Part shown: one piece after another, positions 1-12,000 of the stretch
Position numbering within the stretch: the first letter of the stretch is position 1
How the letters are laid out: the number at the start of each line of letters is the position of its first letter
Assembly (NCBI RefSeq): GCF_006345805.1
Contig: NC_043012.1
Location: 37,014,001 to 37,078,000 of the forward strand
DNA length: 64,000 nucleotides
Source of the DNA: Octopus sinensis
Taxonomy: Eukaryota
Reading direction: 5' to 3'
The notes under the pieces: model-generated
What the model was told of the DNA's origin: nothing
Databases searched by the model: none
What the model saw: only the letters and a program-made list of their open reading frames with translations
Translations under genes and position numbers: made by a program

Positions 1-1211
1 GTGTCTTCCTCAAGGACACAGCGTGTCGTCGGGAATTGAATTCATGACCTTACGATTGTGAGCAGGATGCCTTACCCACTAAGCCATGTACCTTCACACA
101 CACACACACATACACACACACATATATTACATATATATACATTATATGTATATATATTAGATATATATATATATATAGTATATATATCATATATATCATA
201 TATATATATATATAATATATATATATTATATATATATATATATATATAATATATATATTATACATATATAATATCTATATATCTAAGAATATATATATAT
301 ATATATAATATATATAATATATATATACATATTATATATATATATACATATATAATATATACACACACACACACCCACATTATATATATACATATATATA
401 TATATATAAAATACATATAGAAATATAGATATATATGTATATATATGTATATTTATATACAGTTCAAATTTACAGAAAACCAAAAGACAAAGATTGGTGA
501 AGGAACCACAAACAGGTGTATTAGTTTGCTGCTTCAGAAGAATGGAAAAGTCTTCGATGTTTTGAGCCTATACTCTTTGACAGAAAGGTTTGATAGGAAT
601 AAAAAATGGAGAGAGAATGAAAAACAAAAAACAGAGAGATTAATGGTTAAGATAACAGGATTAATGGTTCAAGATAATGATATATATATATATATATATA
701 TGCACATACGATGCAGTTCATTCACCTTCTGTCTACCAAATCCACTCCCACTGACCCAAGTACTAGACACTCGCCCAAGGTGTAATACAGTGAGACAGAA
801 CCTAAGACCATGTGGTTGGAACGCAAATATCTTACCATACAACCATGCTTCTGTCTATTAGAGAAAATGGACAAAATTAAATTGCAGAGTCTGGACATAA
901 CTAAAAAGCATAATGTTGCCATGGCAGCAGATTGCCAATGCTAAAACAAAGACTTCAAAAGGTTATGATAATTGATCACACCTGTTCTTCTTAGTGCCGG
1001 AGGCTTTGGGTTCGCTTAATTATTAAAAATATTTGCAGGTTGAACAGTAAATACGTTAGACATATTTATGAATTAAAACAATGACTGTATTCAAATGAAA
1101 CCGTAAATGATGTTTCTAATGAGGTGGCAACACCTGTTCATTTATTTTTGAAGGACTTTGCTTGCTCACCTATTGATTAGTTTTTAAAAAGGTAATTGGT
1201 TCCGCCTCGAA

Positions 1212-1815
1212 ATTTGGCGAATGAAGATAGCTCTATGGTGCAGTGGGAGAGACCACACACCACACTCACTCACACACAAACACACACACAAACACACGCC
1301 TTTTATATTTGTGTGTGCGCATGCACATGTGTTGTGTGTGTCTGTGTGATACACATACATACATACATACATACATACATACATACATACATACATACAT
1401 ACATACACACATACATACATACATGCATGCATACATACATACACACATACATGCATACATACATACATACATACATACATACATACATACATACACACAT
1501 ACATGCATACATACATACATGCATGTATGTGTGTATGTATGTATGTATGTATGTATGTATGTATGTATGTATGCATGTATGTGTGTATGTATGTATGCAT
1601 GCATGTATGTATGTATGTGTGTATGTATGTATGTATGTATGTATGTATGTATGTATGTATGTATGTATGTATGTGTATCACACAGACACACACAACACAT
1701 GTGCATGCGCACACACAAATATAAAAGGCGTGTGTTTGTGTGTGTGTTTGTGTGTGAGTGAGTGTGGTGTGTGGTCTCTCCCACTGCACCATAGAGCTAT
1801 CTTCATTCGCCAAAT
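1212..1815. repeat. 604-bp near-perfect palindrome (297-bp arms, 10-nt spacer)
   Basis: 1212-1508 is the reverse complement of 1519-1815, including unique sequence (ATTTGGCGAATGAAGATAGCTC...). Mirrored ORFs 1243..1761+ and 1266..1784- support this. Confidence 0.9.
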
Positions 1816-3263
1816 GTGTGTATGTATGTATGTATGTATGCATGTATGTATGTATGCATGTATGTATGTATGTATACATACATACATGCATACATACATA
1901 CATACATGCATACATACATACATGCATACATACATACATACATACACACATACATGCATACATACATACATACATACACACACACATACATACATACATA
2001 CACACATACACATACACACATACATACATACATACATGCATACATACATACATACATACACACACATACATACATACATAAATACATACATACATGCATA
2101 CATAAATACATACAAACATACATACATGCATACATACATACATACATACATACATACATGCATACATACATACATACATACACACACATACATACATACA
2201 TAAATCATACATACTGCATACATACAATACATACAACATACATACATGCATACATACATACATACATACATACAACATACACACATACATGCATACATAC
2301 ATACATGCATACATACATACATACATACATACATACCACTACACACATACAGCATACATACATACATACATACACACAACACATACATACATACATACAA
2401 CATACCCACATACACACATACACACATACATACATACACACACCATACATACATACATACATGACATACACACATACACACATACACATACATACATACA
2501 TACATGCTACATACATACATCATACACACACAACATACATACATGCATACATACTACATACATACATACATACATACATACATACACACACACATACATA
2601 CATACATACATACTACACACATACACACATACACACATACATACATACATGCATACATACATACATACATACATACACACACATACATACATAAATCATA
2701 CATACAACACACATACATGCATACATACATACTACATACACACACACATACAGACTACATACATACATACACACTACACACATACATACATACATGCATA
2801 CATACTACAATACATACATACATACACATACATAAATCATACATACATCACATACATACATACATACATACATACATACATACATACACCACACAATGCA
2901 GACATACATACATACATACATCATACATACATACACATACATACATACATGCATACATACACATACAACACATACAACACATACATACATACATACATGC
3001 ATACATACATACATACATACACACACATACATACATAAATACATACATACATACATGCATACATACATACATGCATACATACATACACACACACATACAT
3101 ACATACATACACATATACATACATACACACATACATACATGCATACATACACACATACATACATACATGCATGCATACATACATACATACATACATACAT
3201 ACATACATACATACATGCATACATACATACATACATGCATACATACATACATACATACATACA

Positions 3264-3295
<32 letters not shown>
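1816..3295. repeat. Degenerate (CATA)n/(TATG)n microsatellite expanse
   Basis: About 1.5 kb of CATA/CACA/CATG tetramers; it is the source of the HTYI/MYVC ORFs. Confidence 0.95.
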
Positions 3296-3296
<1 letters not shown>

Positions 3297-3302
3297 TTAG
3301 CC

Positions 3303-3364
3303 ATGTCTGATGATTGCTGGATGTGTCTCCCCATTTTCAGCATGAAACTATTTGGTCATCACAT
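3303..3364 (+). ncRNA. Hammerhead-ribozyme-like motif (type I, minimal)
   Basis: CTGATGA at 3307-3313; stem II TGCTGGA/TTCAGCA; GAAA at 3344-3347; short stem III AC-TA-tt-TG-GT; GTC at 3355-3357. Stem I ATGT/ACAT is offset by 3 nt. Confidence 0.5.
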
Positions 3365-3456
3365 AAATTGTCCTTAGGGGTTGTTCCACACTCCTGAAGA
3401 TGCTGGAACTCTCAAACCATGGCAGCACTACCAGATGTAATTTAAAGCTTCACTCA

Positions 3457-3493
<37 letters not shown>

Positions 3494-3509
3494 ACACACA
3501 CACACGCAC

Positions 3510-3543
<34 letters not shown>

Positions 3544-4145
3544 GAAGCTTGTTTCCTAACCCCATGGTTCCAATTTCAGTCCAACTACACAACACTGTGG
3601 ACAAGTGTCTTCAACTATAGTCTCTGGCCAACTGAAGTTCTGTGAGTGGATTTGGAAGATGGAAACTGAAAGAAGTCTGTTGTGTACGTATGTATATATA
3701 TATATAGATGTCTGTGTGTGTGTGCGTGGCATCCTGCACATACTAGCACTGACCACCTCCCTGCATCTACACCAGCACTGACCAATTCCCAGCACCTACA
3801 CCATCATCCACACACACACATCAATGTCACCAGCCCCCTTCCACATGCACATACATGCTCTCACATACACACGCACATGCACCTTCGTTTTGGGATCACC
3901 ACTACTTTATTATCTCCCTTTCTTCATAGCTCTCCGGCATTCGCGATGATAGATCGCTCTGTTTTCATGCTCTGTCAGGCATTCGACATGATAGACTGCC
4001 AGCCACTAAACCTTTTTCTATTTTCTCTCCCTGTTTATTTCTGCGTTCCTTTCTGTCAAAGAACGTTGGCTTGAAACGTAAAAGACTTTCTCACTTACCG
4101 ACATTAAACTAATACATCTGTTTGTTGTTTATACACCTGTCTTTG

Positions 4146-4230
<85 letters not shown>

Positions 4231-4251
4231 TATTATATATATATATATATA

Positions 4252-4907
4252 TAATATTAGGGAGTATGGCTCCAAACTTATAGGGAAAAATTAGATTTAG
4301 GATTAAATTAAATTTCACAGTATAAATATATAAAATATGAATAAACACTATTAGGCAACTCAAACAGTGATAGACATAAACTAATACATAAATAACAAAT
4401 AATATAAATATAATTAATATAATATATAATATATATATAAAATATAAAATTGAAATTTTTAATTTTTTAATTTTTTTTAACCAAAAAGTATAAAAAGGAT
4501 GATATATTATATTTATCATTCTTTTTATACTTTTTGGTTACAAAAAAATAAAAAATAGAAATAAAATAAAAAAAATTTTAATTTTATATTTTATATATAT
4601 ATTATATATTATATTAATTATATTTATATTATTTGTTATTTATGTATTGGTTTATGTCTATCACTGTTTGAGTTGCCTAATAGTGGTTTTATCTCTAATT
4701 CATATTATATATATATATTTAACAATTAAGGATAACCTCTTAATAAGGAATCTTAACAAGAAATTATCAGGTAGTTAGCGTGAAAACCTCATAAAAGAAA
4801 AGAATTCGAAAATAATTTTTTTCTTTTAGGTATGATTAGTGTAATTTTGGTAGTAATGACTTTGTCCCTCTTAGTGTGAGGCATTTATGTGTAATAATGC
4901 CCTCTAT

Positions 4908-4951
<44 letters not shown>

Positions 4952-5410
4952 GCTATACCCTCCTCATTTTCCCTATTTGTCTCTGATGACGGAATATCCC
5001 ATACATTGGGACATCCTAGAAACAGCTGTAAGAATTTGAATTTTTCCAATAATAATGTACAGAGTGCAGCAAAGGGATCTGACACATTTGTAGGTTTAAT
5101 AAAAGTGAAATTGAATAAACAATGATAAATATGGTTTTATTTTCGAAATGTTCATATTATGCTATTTTGTTTCAATTGGTGTCATTTGGGAAATTTTGTG
5201 AGATTTTGTTCTTTACTCTTTTTTGCTCTTATTAAACCTACAAATATGTCAGATCATTTTGCTGCACCCTTGCCTTAACGTTTTTTGTCCTCTCTAACAC
5301 TTATATATATAAACAACTTCGTTGTTTATAATTTTAACCTTAAAGGCATTTTAATATGCTGCTACATTTTCTGATGAAATTTTTTCTGTAAAAAAGCTTC
5401 ATCCTATATT
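4252..5410 (+). mobile_element. AT-rich non-coding element between (TA)n tracts with internal inverted repeats and a hammerhead motif (putative non-autonomous Penelope-like element)
   Basis: Both ends match, in reverse complement, the ends of 30302-31125 (4252-4320 with ~31054-31125; 5336-5410 with 30302-30370). Contains IRs at 4346-4685 and 5061-5270 and a hammerhead at 4980-5033. Confidence 0.5.
4980..5033 (+). ncRNA. Hammerhead-ribozyme-like motif (type I, minimal, Penelope-style palindromic stem III)
   Basis: tct-CTGATGA (4983-4989); stem II core ATATCCCA/TGGGACAT; GAAA (5019-5022); palindromic ACAGCTGT; GTA triplet at 5028-5030; stem I TCT/AGA. Confidence 0.6.
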
Positions 5411-5420
5411 AGTAGTATAT

Positions 5421-5454
<34 letters not shown>

Positions 5455-6536
5455 GATATAATATAAATAATATATAAATATATGCATATATGTACATACC
5501 TACATCTATATGTATATATACATGCATATATGGGTACAGGACATCAAAAAAACGTTGAACACAGTGAGAAACGAAAACATAAAAACAAAAACATGGAAAT
5601 GAACTTTTTTTCAAACAACGAAAAAAAAAACAGAGTACAAGACATACAACACAAGGAATATTCCCCTTCTTGAGTTATCCTATGACTGCGAGTCCACTGC
5701 CCTAACCACTGAACCATTGAATCTCCACTGTACAAACATATACATACAATGTAATCAAACAAATAAGTGCTTGATAAAGTCAAATAAAGGGAGATAAAAG
5801 TTATTTGTTCCCTATTCTCAGTACTGTCTTGCCTGAAGATCACACACAAGAAACTCCGACACACTCAGACACAGCTTTGAACATTGACTTTATCTATCGT
5901 CATCAACAGAATTCACTTTTCTGTGCTGGAGCATCACCTTGAAGGGCTTTTAGTCGAGCAAGTCAAATCCAGGACTTATCTTTTTTAAGCATAGCCTTTA
6001 TTTCATCAGTTTCTTTCTCAAATTGTTAAGTAACAGGGACGTAAACACACCAACACTGGTTGTCGAGTAATAGTGGTGGTGGGGGGGGGGCAAACACAGA
6101 CTTCTTTCTCAGTTTCCGTTTACCAAATCCACTCTCAAGACTTTAGTCAGCCCACAGTTATAGTAGGAGACAGTGGGACAAGATACAAGGCAGTGGGATT
6201 GAACTCAGAACCATGTGGTTGGTAAGCAAGCTACTTAACACACAGCCACACCTGTGCCTATATTTATTTATGTTTTACCTTTTATTTTATGCTTCGAAGG
6301 GATTTTCTCAAACAAATCAATTTCAGTACTTGATTATTTTTTCTCTTTTCAAGTCCAATACTTGTTCTATCGATATCTTATGCTGAACTGTTAAGTTACA
6401 GGAATGCAAACAAACCAAGGATGGTGGTAGACAAATACAAACAAAGACACACACACACACACACACATACATATGTGTATGTGTGTGTGTGTGTGTAAGC
6501 ATCTATATCTATCTAGCTATATATATATATATATAT

Positions 6537-7030
6537 CATCATCATCATCATCGTTTAACGTCCGTTTTTCCATGCTAGCATGGGTTGGACGGTTCAACTG
6601 GGGTCTGGGAAGCCCGAAGGCTGCACCAGGCCAGTCTGATCTGGCAGTGTTTCTACAGCTGGATGCCCTTCCTAACGCCAACCACTCCGTGAGTGTAGTT
6701 GGTGCTTTTTATGTGCCACCGACACAGGTGCCAGACGAGGCTGGTGAACGGCCACGCTCGGATGGTGCTTTTTACGTGCCACCAGCACGGAGGTCAGTTG
6801 ATGCGGTGCTGGCTACGGCCATGTTTGGATGGTTCTCATGTTCCACCGGCACTGGTACCACAACTACAAAGTCCATTGATGTTGATCGATTTCGATTTTG
6901 ATTTGATTTTTGGATTTAATTTTCACTTGCCTCAACAGGTCTTCACAAGTAGAGTTATGTGTCCCAAGAAGGAAGGTATGCACAGGTGGACTGACTACAT
7001 CCCAGGTAGGGGCCACGGGTTATGGACTCA
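6537..7030 (-). mobile_element. Repeat family C: short retroposon ending in (GAT)n, probably an RTE-mobilised SINE-like element (copies near 9480, 22730, 26745, 33860, 34140, 34560, 38300, 39655)
   Basis: Conserved (CAT)n-CGTTTAACGTCCG...CATGCTAGCATGGGTTGGACGG...GGATGCCCTTCCTAACGCCAACC, followed by a variable number of GGTGCTTTTTACGTGCCACC sub-repeats. Confidence 0.75.
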
Positions 7031-7031
7031 C

Positions 7032-7039
7032 AGACAGAC

Positions 7040-7118
<79 letters not shown>

Positions 7119-7150
7119 GAGATAGATAGAAAGATAGATAGATAGATGTA
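7032..7150. repeat. (GATA)n microsatellite
   Basis: Directly visible GACA/GATA array. Confidence 0.95.
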
Positions 7151-7429
7151 GATATGTATGTATGCCTCTATCTATCTATATGAATATATATATATATGGT
7201 TTAACCAGGGCTAGTAAGTTGGAAGGCTGCACCAGACTCCAGTTTGATTTGGCATAGTTTTCTATGGCTCGATGCCCTTCCTGGTTGGCATTAGGAAGGG
7301 CATCAAGCTGTAGAAAACCATGCCAAATCAGACTGGAGTCTGGTGCAGCCTTCCAACTTACCAGCCCTGGTCAAATCCTGTCCAACCCATGGACAACGGA
7401 CATTAAATGACAATGATGATGAATATATC

Positions 7430-7750
7430 ATGGCTTAGTGGCTTAGTGGTTAGGGCATTTGGCTTACAACTGTAAGGTCATGAGTTCAATTCCCAGCATT
7501 GCATTGTGTCCTTGAGCAAGACACTTTATTTGAAGTTGTTCCAGTCCACTCAGCTGGCAAAAATGAGTTGTAGCTGTATTTCAAAGGGCCAGCCTTGTCA
7601 CACTCTGTGTCAGGCTGAATCTCCCTGAGAACTATGTTAAAGGTACACATGCCTGTGGAGTGCTCAGCCACTTGAATGTTAATTTCAGGAGCAGACTGTT
7701 CCGTTGATTGTATCAGTTGGGACCTTCCTTGTCGTAACTGATGGAGTGCT

Positions 7751-7752
<2 letters not shown>
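7430..7752 (+). mobile_element. tRNA-derived SINE family D (also at ~20005-20280, with a related head at ~15530)
   Basis: TGGCTTAGTGGTTAGG A-box and GAGTTCAATTCC B-box head. The body (CCTTGAGCAAGACACTTTATTT...GTGGAGTGCTCAGCCACTTG) is shared with 20005-20280. Confidence 0.75.
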
Positions 7753-7841
<89 letters not shown>

Positions 7842-8234
7842 GTAATAATAACAATGATCCTTGAATGAAATTTATAAACATCTTAATGCCTGTTTCCACA
7901 CATCAGATGTCTCTTAAGATTACAGTCTGTATTCCTGCGATGGTTACAGTGTAGTCCATAGTATATATATATGATGGGCTTCTTTCAGTTTCCCTCTACA
8001 AAACCCATTCACAATTTCTTTGGTTGGCCTGGCTATAGTGAAGAACAGATGCCCAAGATACCACACAATGAGATAGAACCAGAAACCATATGGTTGGGAA
8101 GCAAAGTTTTTAACCACTCAGCCACTTCTGCATCCATTTATTCTTTTATTTTTAATAGATCAATCTAGAAACAGATCACAACTTGGCAAATTTCTTTATT
8201 TTTTTATGCTAATAATCCCCAGAAAAAAATATTA

Positions 8235-8395
8235 GGCGCAGGAGTGGCTGTGTGGTAAGTAGCTTGCTAACCAACCACATGGTTCTGGGTTCAGTCCCAC
8301 TGCGTGGCATCTTGGGCAATTGTCTTCTGCTATAGCCCCGGGCCGACCAATGCCCTGTGAGTGGATTTGGTAGACGGAAACTGAAAGAAGCCTGT

Positions 8396-8432
<37 letters not shown>

Positions 8433-8654
8433 TTGTGTGTCTGTGTTTGTCCCCCTAGCATTGCTTGACAACCGATGCTGGTGTTTTTACGTCCCCGTCA
8501 CTTAGCGGTTCGGCAAAAAGAGGCCGATAGAATAAGTACTGGGCTTACAAAGAATAAGTCCCGGGGTCGATTTGCTCGACTAAAAGGTGGTGCTCCAGCA
8601 TGGCCGCAGTCAAATGACTGAAACAAGTAAAAGAGTAAAAGAGAGTAAAGAGAG
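8235..8654 (+). mobile_element. tRNA-derived SINE family A, near full-length copy (other copies or fragments include 5919-6258 -, 24310-24686 -, 35465-35610 -, 38931-39075 +)
   Basis: A-box-like TGGCTGTGTGG and B-box-like GGTTCAGTCC head, internal (TA/TG)n, and GTAAAAGA tail repeats. Many interspersed copies occur in the window. Confidence 0.8.
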
Positions 8655-8717
8655 ACCCATTTACTGCAAGATATAATACAATGATTTTACACTGAATCAA
8701 AGGAAACCAGTATTTAT

Positions 8718-8780
<63 letters not shown>

Positions 8781-9169
8781 ATATATATACACATATATAC
8801 ATACACATATATACACATATATATGTGTGTGTGTGTGTGATGATGATATATATATATATGTTTCAGTAAAGCTATATAATCTCCACCTCTATCCACACCT
8901 CGCACCTACTTCTTTCTTTAATATTTTTTCACACTATAAAATATATATATAGGAAAAATATTGACACCCATTCATTGATTGTGTGTGGTTGGGGTGGGGG
9001 TGGGGTATGTGTGTGTATATATATATATATATACCGGAGTAAACACATAAATGTGAAACAAGGTGGAAAAAAGAGTACTCAAATACCAGTGGTAGTGTAA
9101 TATGCTTTATTTAAAGTAAAAGAAAATTCAACAATTGAATTTGTTGAATTTTCTGCTGCTTTAAATAAA

Positions 9170-9220
<51 letters not shown>

Positions 9221-9245
9221 CACATATGAGAATGTCTATCAGTTA

Positions 9246-9276
<31 letters not shown>

Positions 9277-9287
9277 ATCTAACTTTG

Positions 9288-9354
<67 letters not shown>

Positions 9355-10270
9355 GTGTATTTATACAATATATATATATATATATCATCATCATCATCAT
9401 CATCATCAAACCATCCTGTCAAACCATCCAACCCATGCTAGCATGGAAAGCAGACATTAAATAATGATGATGATTTATATATATCTACAGCTGGATGCCC
9501 TTCCTAACGCCAACCACTCTGTGAGTGTAGTGGGTGCTTTTTACGTGCCACCGGCACAGGTGCCAGACGAGGCTTGCAAATGGCTACGATCAGATGGTGC
9601 TTTTTACGTGCCACCGGCACGGAGACCAGTCAGGGCGGCGCTGGCGATGGCCACGTTCGGATGGTTCTCTTACGTGCCACTGGCACTGGTATCACAGCTA
9701 CAAATTCCATTGATGTTGATAGATTACGATTTTGATTTTCACTTGCCTCAACAGGTCTCCACAACAGAAACAGGTACAACAGAAACAGGAAGTAAGAGAA
9801 AGTTGTGGTGAAAGAGTACAGCAGGGATCACCACCATCCCCTGCCGGAGCCTCGTGGAGCTTTAGGTGTTTTCGCTCAATAAACACTCACAACACCCGGT
9901 CTGGGAATCGAAACCGCGATCCTATGACCGCGAGTCCGCTGCCCTAACCACTGGGCCATTGCGCCTCCACTGGTGCTGATAACTGCTCTGATGTCAGTTG
10001 ATGTGTAAAACCTGAGCATGACTGACCTTCTGAAGCAGGAATGGGAAACCTTGAAATGGGCCACATGAGGCACGGTTCATCCTCAGATGGTCCACACTAC
10101 AAACAATCCAAGGTTAACATTCATTGTCTTGCCATTTAGACAGTCCCATGGGTTGTAGTTTACCCATGGACAGTCCCAAAGGATGTTTTGACTCAGGGCC
10201 TCCTTGAGAAATTTTTTAAGGTGAAACAAGACCACTTTTGAGTTCCCGGGAGGCACTTGATTCCCTAGAA

Positions 10271-10471
10271 CAGTGCTTTTCAAACTTTTTACTGGAGCGG
10301 AACCCCAAGAAAACATTCCACTGGCCCGAGGAACTCCTGTGCAATAATTTAATAGTTTTATGCACACATATCTGCACAGGAGAATTAAAAATTATTGCTG
10401 ATTTTAGCAGTTTTGTAACTTCTTGCGGAACCCCTGGACTGTACTGGCGGAACCCTGGTTGAAAACCACTG
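10271..10471. mobile_element. hAT (Charlie-like) MITE, 201 bp
   Basis: TIRs CAGTGcTTTTCAA / TTGAAAAcCACTG, with a perfect 8-bp TSD CCCTAGAA at 10263-10270 and 10472-10479. Confidence 0.88.
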
Positions 10472-10969
10472 CCCTAGAATCATCAGAGACAGGTCATCAC
10501 AAAATTCAAAGTGGAGGAAAAGGGTCTTTCAGATATTTATTGAGCCCTGGATTAATACACAGACAGAGCCCCACTCTTATAGATTCTGTTCAAACTTAAT
10601 TTATTCCCTGGTTTATCCCCACTGGCACCATCACCACTACAGTTACCATCTCTGCCGCCACCACCACCTCCATCACTGCCACCACTGTCGCCACTACCAG
10701 GTCCTTGAATGCTTGTAACAGTGTCCACTCTGTTGCAGCCATTTGAACTTGTCTGAGAATAACTACCTGACTATTTCCAGGGCCCCTGAGAAAGGTCATA
10801 CACACTAACCTTCCTACACTGCTAAACCTGTCAGGAAATATGTAATTGAAATCGAAAATATTAGGAAATTAAAGAATGGTATTTTATTTCCAATAAAAGA
10901 CTGTTCCTGTCACCTTCTTCAGGATGATGGCATCTTCTGATCATATCTAGGAATATTATGGAGACAATT

Positions 10970-11380
10970 AAGGCAGCAAGCTGGCAGAATCATTAGTACT
11001 CTAGTTCAAATTCCACTGGGGTTGGCTCCACCTTTCATCCTTTTGGGGTCGATAAAATAAATACCTGTTGTACACTGGGGTCGATGTAATCGCCTTACAG
11101 TCTCCCCCAAAATTGCTGGCCTTCTGCCAAAATTTGAAACTAGTGTTACAGGGACATTCAAGGCAACGGGCTGGAAGAATTGTTAACATACTGGGCAAAA
11201 TGCGAAGTGGAATTTCATGTATCTTTGCATTCTGAGTTCAAATTCCACTGAAGTCAACTTTGCCTTTCATCCTTTTGAGGGTCAATAATATAAGTACCAG
11301 ATGGGCACTGGGGTTGGTCTGATCAACTTAGAAACTCCTCTGGAATTGCTGGCCTTGTGCCAAAATTTGAAATAAATATT
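10970..11380 (+). mobile_element. Two tandem SINE family B copies
   Basis: Two successive GGC..GCTGG.AGAAT...GTTCAAATTCCACTG...CCAAAATTTGAAA units. Confidence 0.75.
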
Positions 11381-11959
11381 ACTGAAAGATTTCTTTAACT
11401 TCCTTGCTCGCCTTTTAATTTGGAATTTTTGTTTTCTTGAAGCCTGATGTAAAGAAATTCTGTTTCTTCTCTTTCATTTTGTCTGTTAAAACTACAAGAA
11501 AAACAAAACAATATCGTCTGCAAAAATGAAAGCTTCCGTCGTCTGTCTACCAATCTATAAATAGAATTCTGGTGAAAACCCGGCCCTTTTCACCAGGTTA
11601 TTGACCAGTCGCTTCTTTATGGATTAATCTGGGAGCTCACTGAAGGAATTCAGGAATTATCCTGAGAACAATTAACAGACAGACAAACACTTGTTTTCAT
11701 AAGGCTTCCTCATATATTCGGATTGCTATGCTCATTATCTAATAAGCAGCTAATCAAACCGAGCCATCGAATATCTCCCGCACTGGTTATTCCCGTCTGT
11801 GCTTGATATCGCATATATTGCGCAGTGGTTTTTATTATTAACTGATGTAATATTAATTAATTGTGTCGATGTGAATGGCATAAACAGCTGAGAAAGAAGG
11901 GGAGGTAATCGCAAGTGTGTTGTCAAGAGTTGGTTCCCCCTGTTCTGACCATTGTTTAC

Positions 11960-12000
11960 TAGCGCCACTCGGTACTTCCGATCAGAGGCACAAGATGGCG
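11960..12000 (+). promoter_or_regulatory. Candidate TATA-less promoter/5' region with ETS-like (ACTTCCG) and YY1-like (CAAGATGGCG) motifs
   Basis: ACTTCCG at 11974-11980. CAAGATGGCG at 11991-12000 overlaps the start codon. The region is locally CpG-rich against a CpG-poor background. Confidence 0.4.

Noticed and set aside
1184-3377. Many long ORFs (HTYI/MYVC repeats)
   Set aside because: They are translations of a stop-free (CATA)n microsatellite.
5833-5862. CTGAAGA...GAAAC possible hammerhead
   Set aside because: No stem II pairing and no stem I.
6473-6901. Recurrent ORFs with LQLDALPNANHSVSVVGAFYVPP
   Set aside because: These are translations of the non-coding family C repeat, with frames and stops varying between copies.
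9898-9968. tRNA-like sequence on the minus strand with A and B boxes
   Set aside because: It continues into a repeat body with no acceptor-stem closure and has a decayed relative at ~5670-5730. It is a SINE head, not a tRNA gene.
11917-11994. ORF-track start at 11917
   Set aside because: It is a non-ATG (GTG) start. In a eukaryote the first ATG at 11995, in good context, is more plausible, although an upstream exon cannot be excluded.
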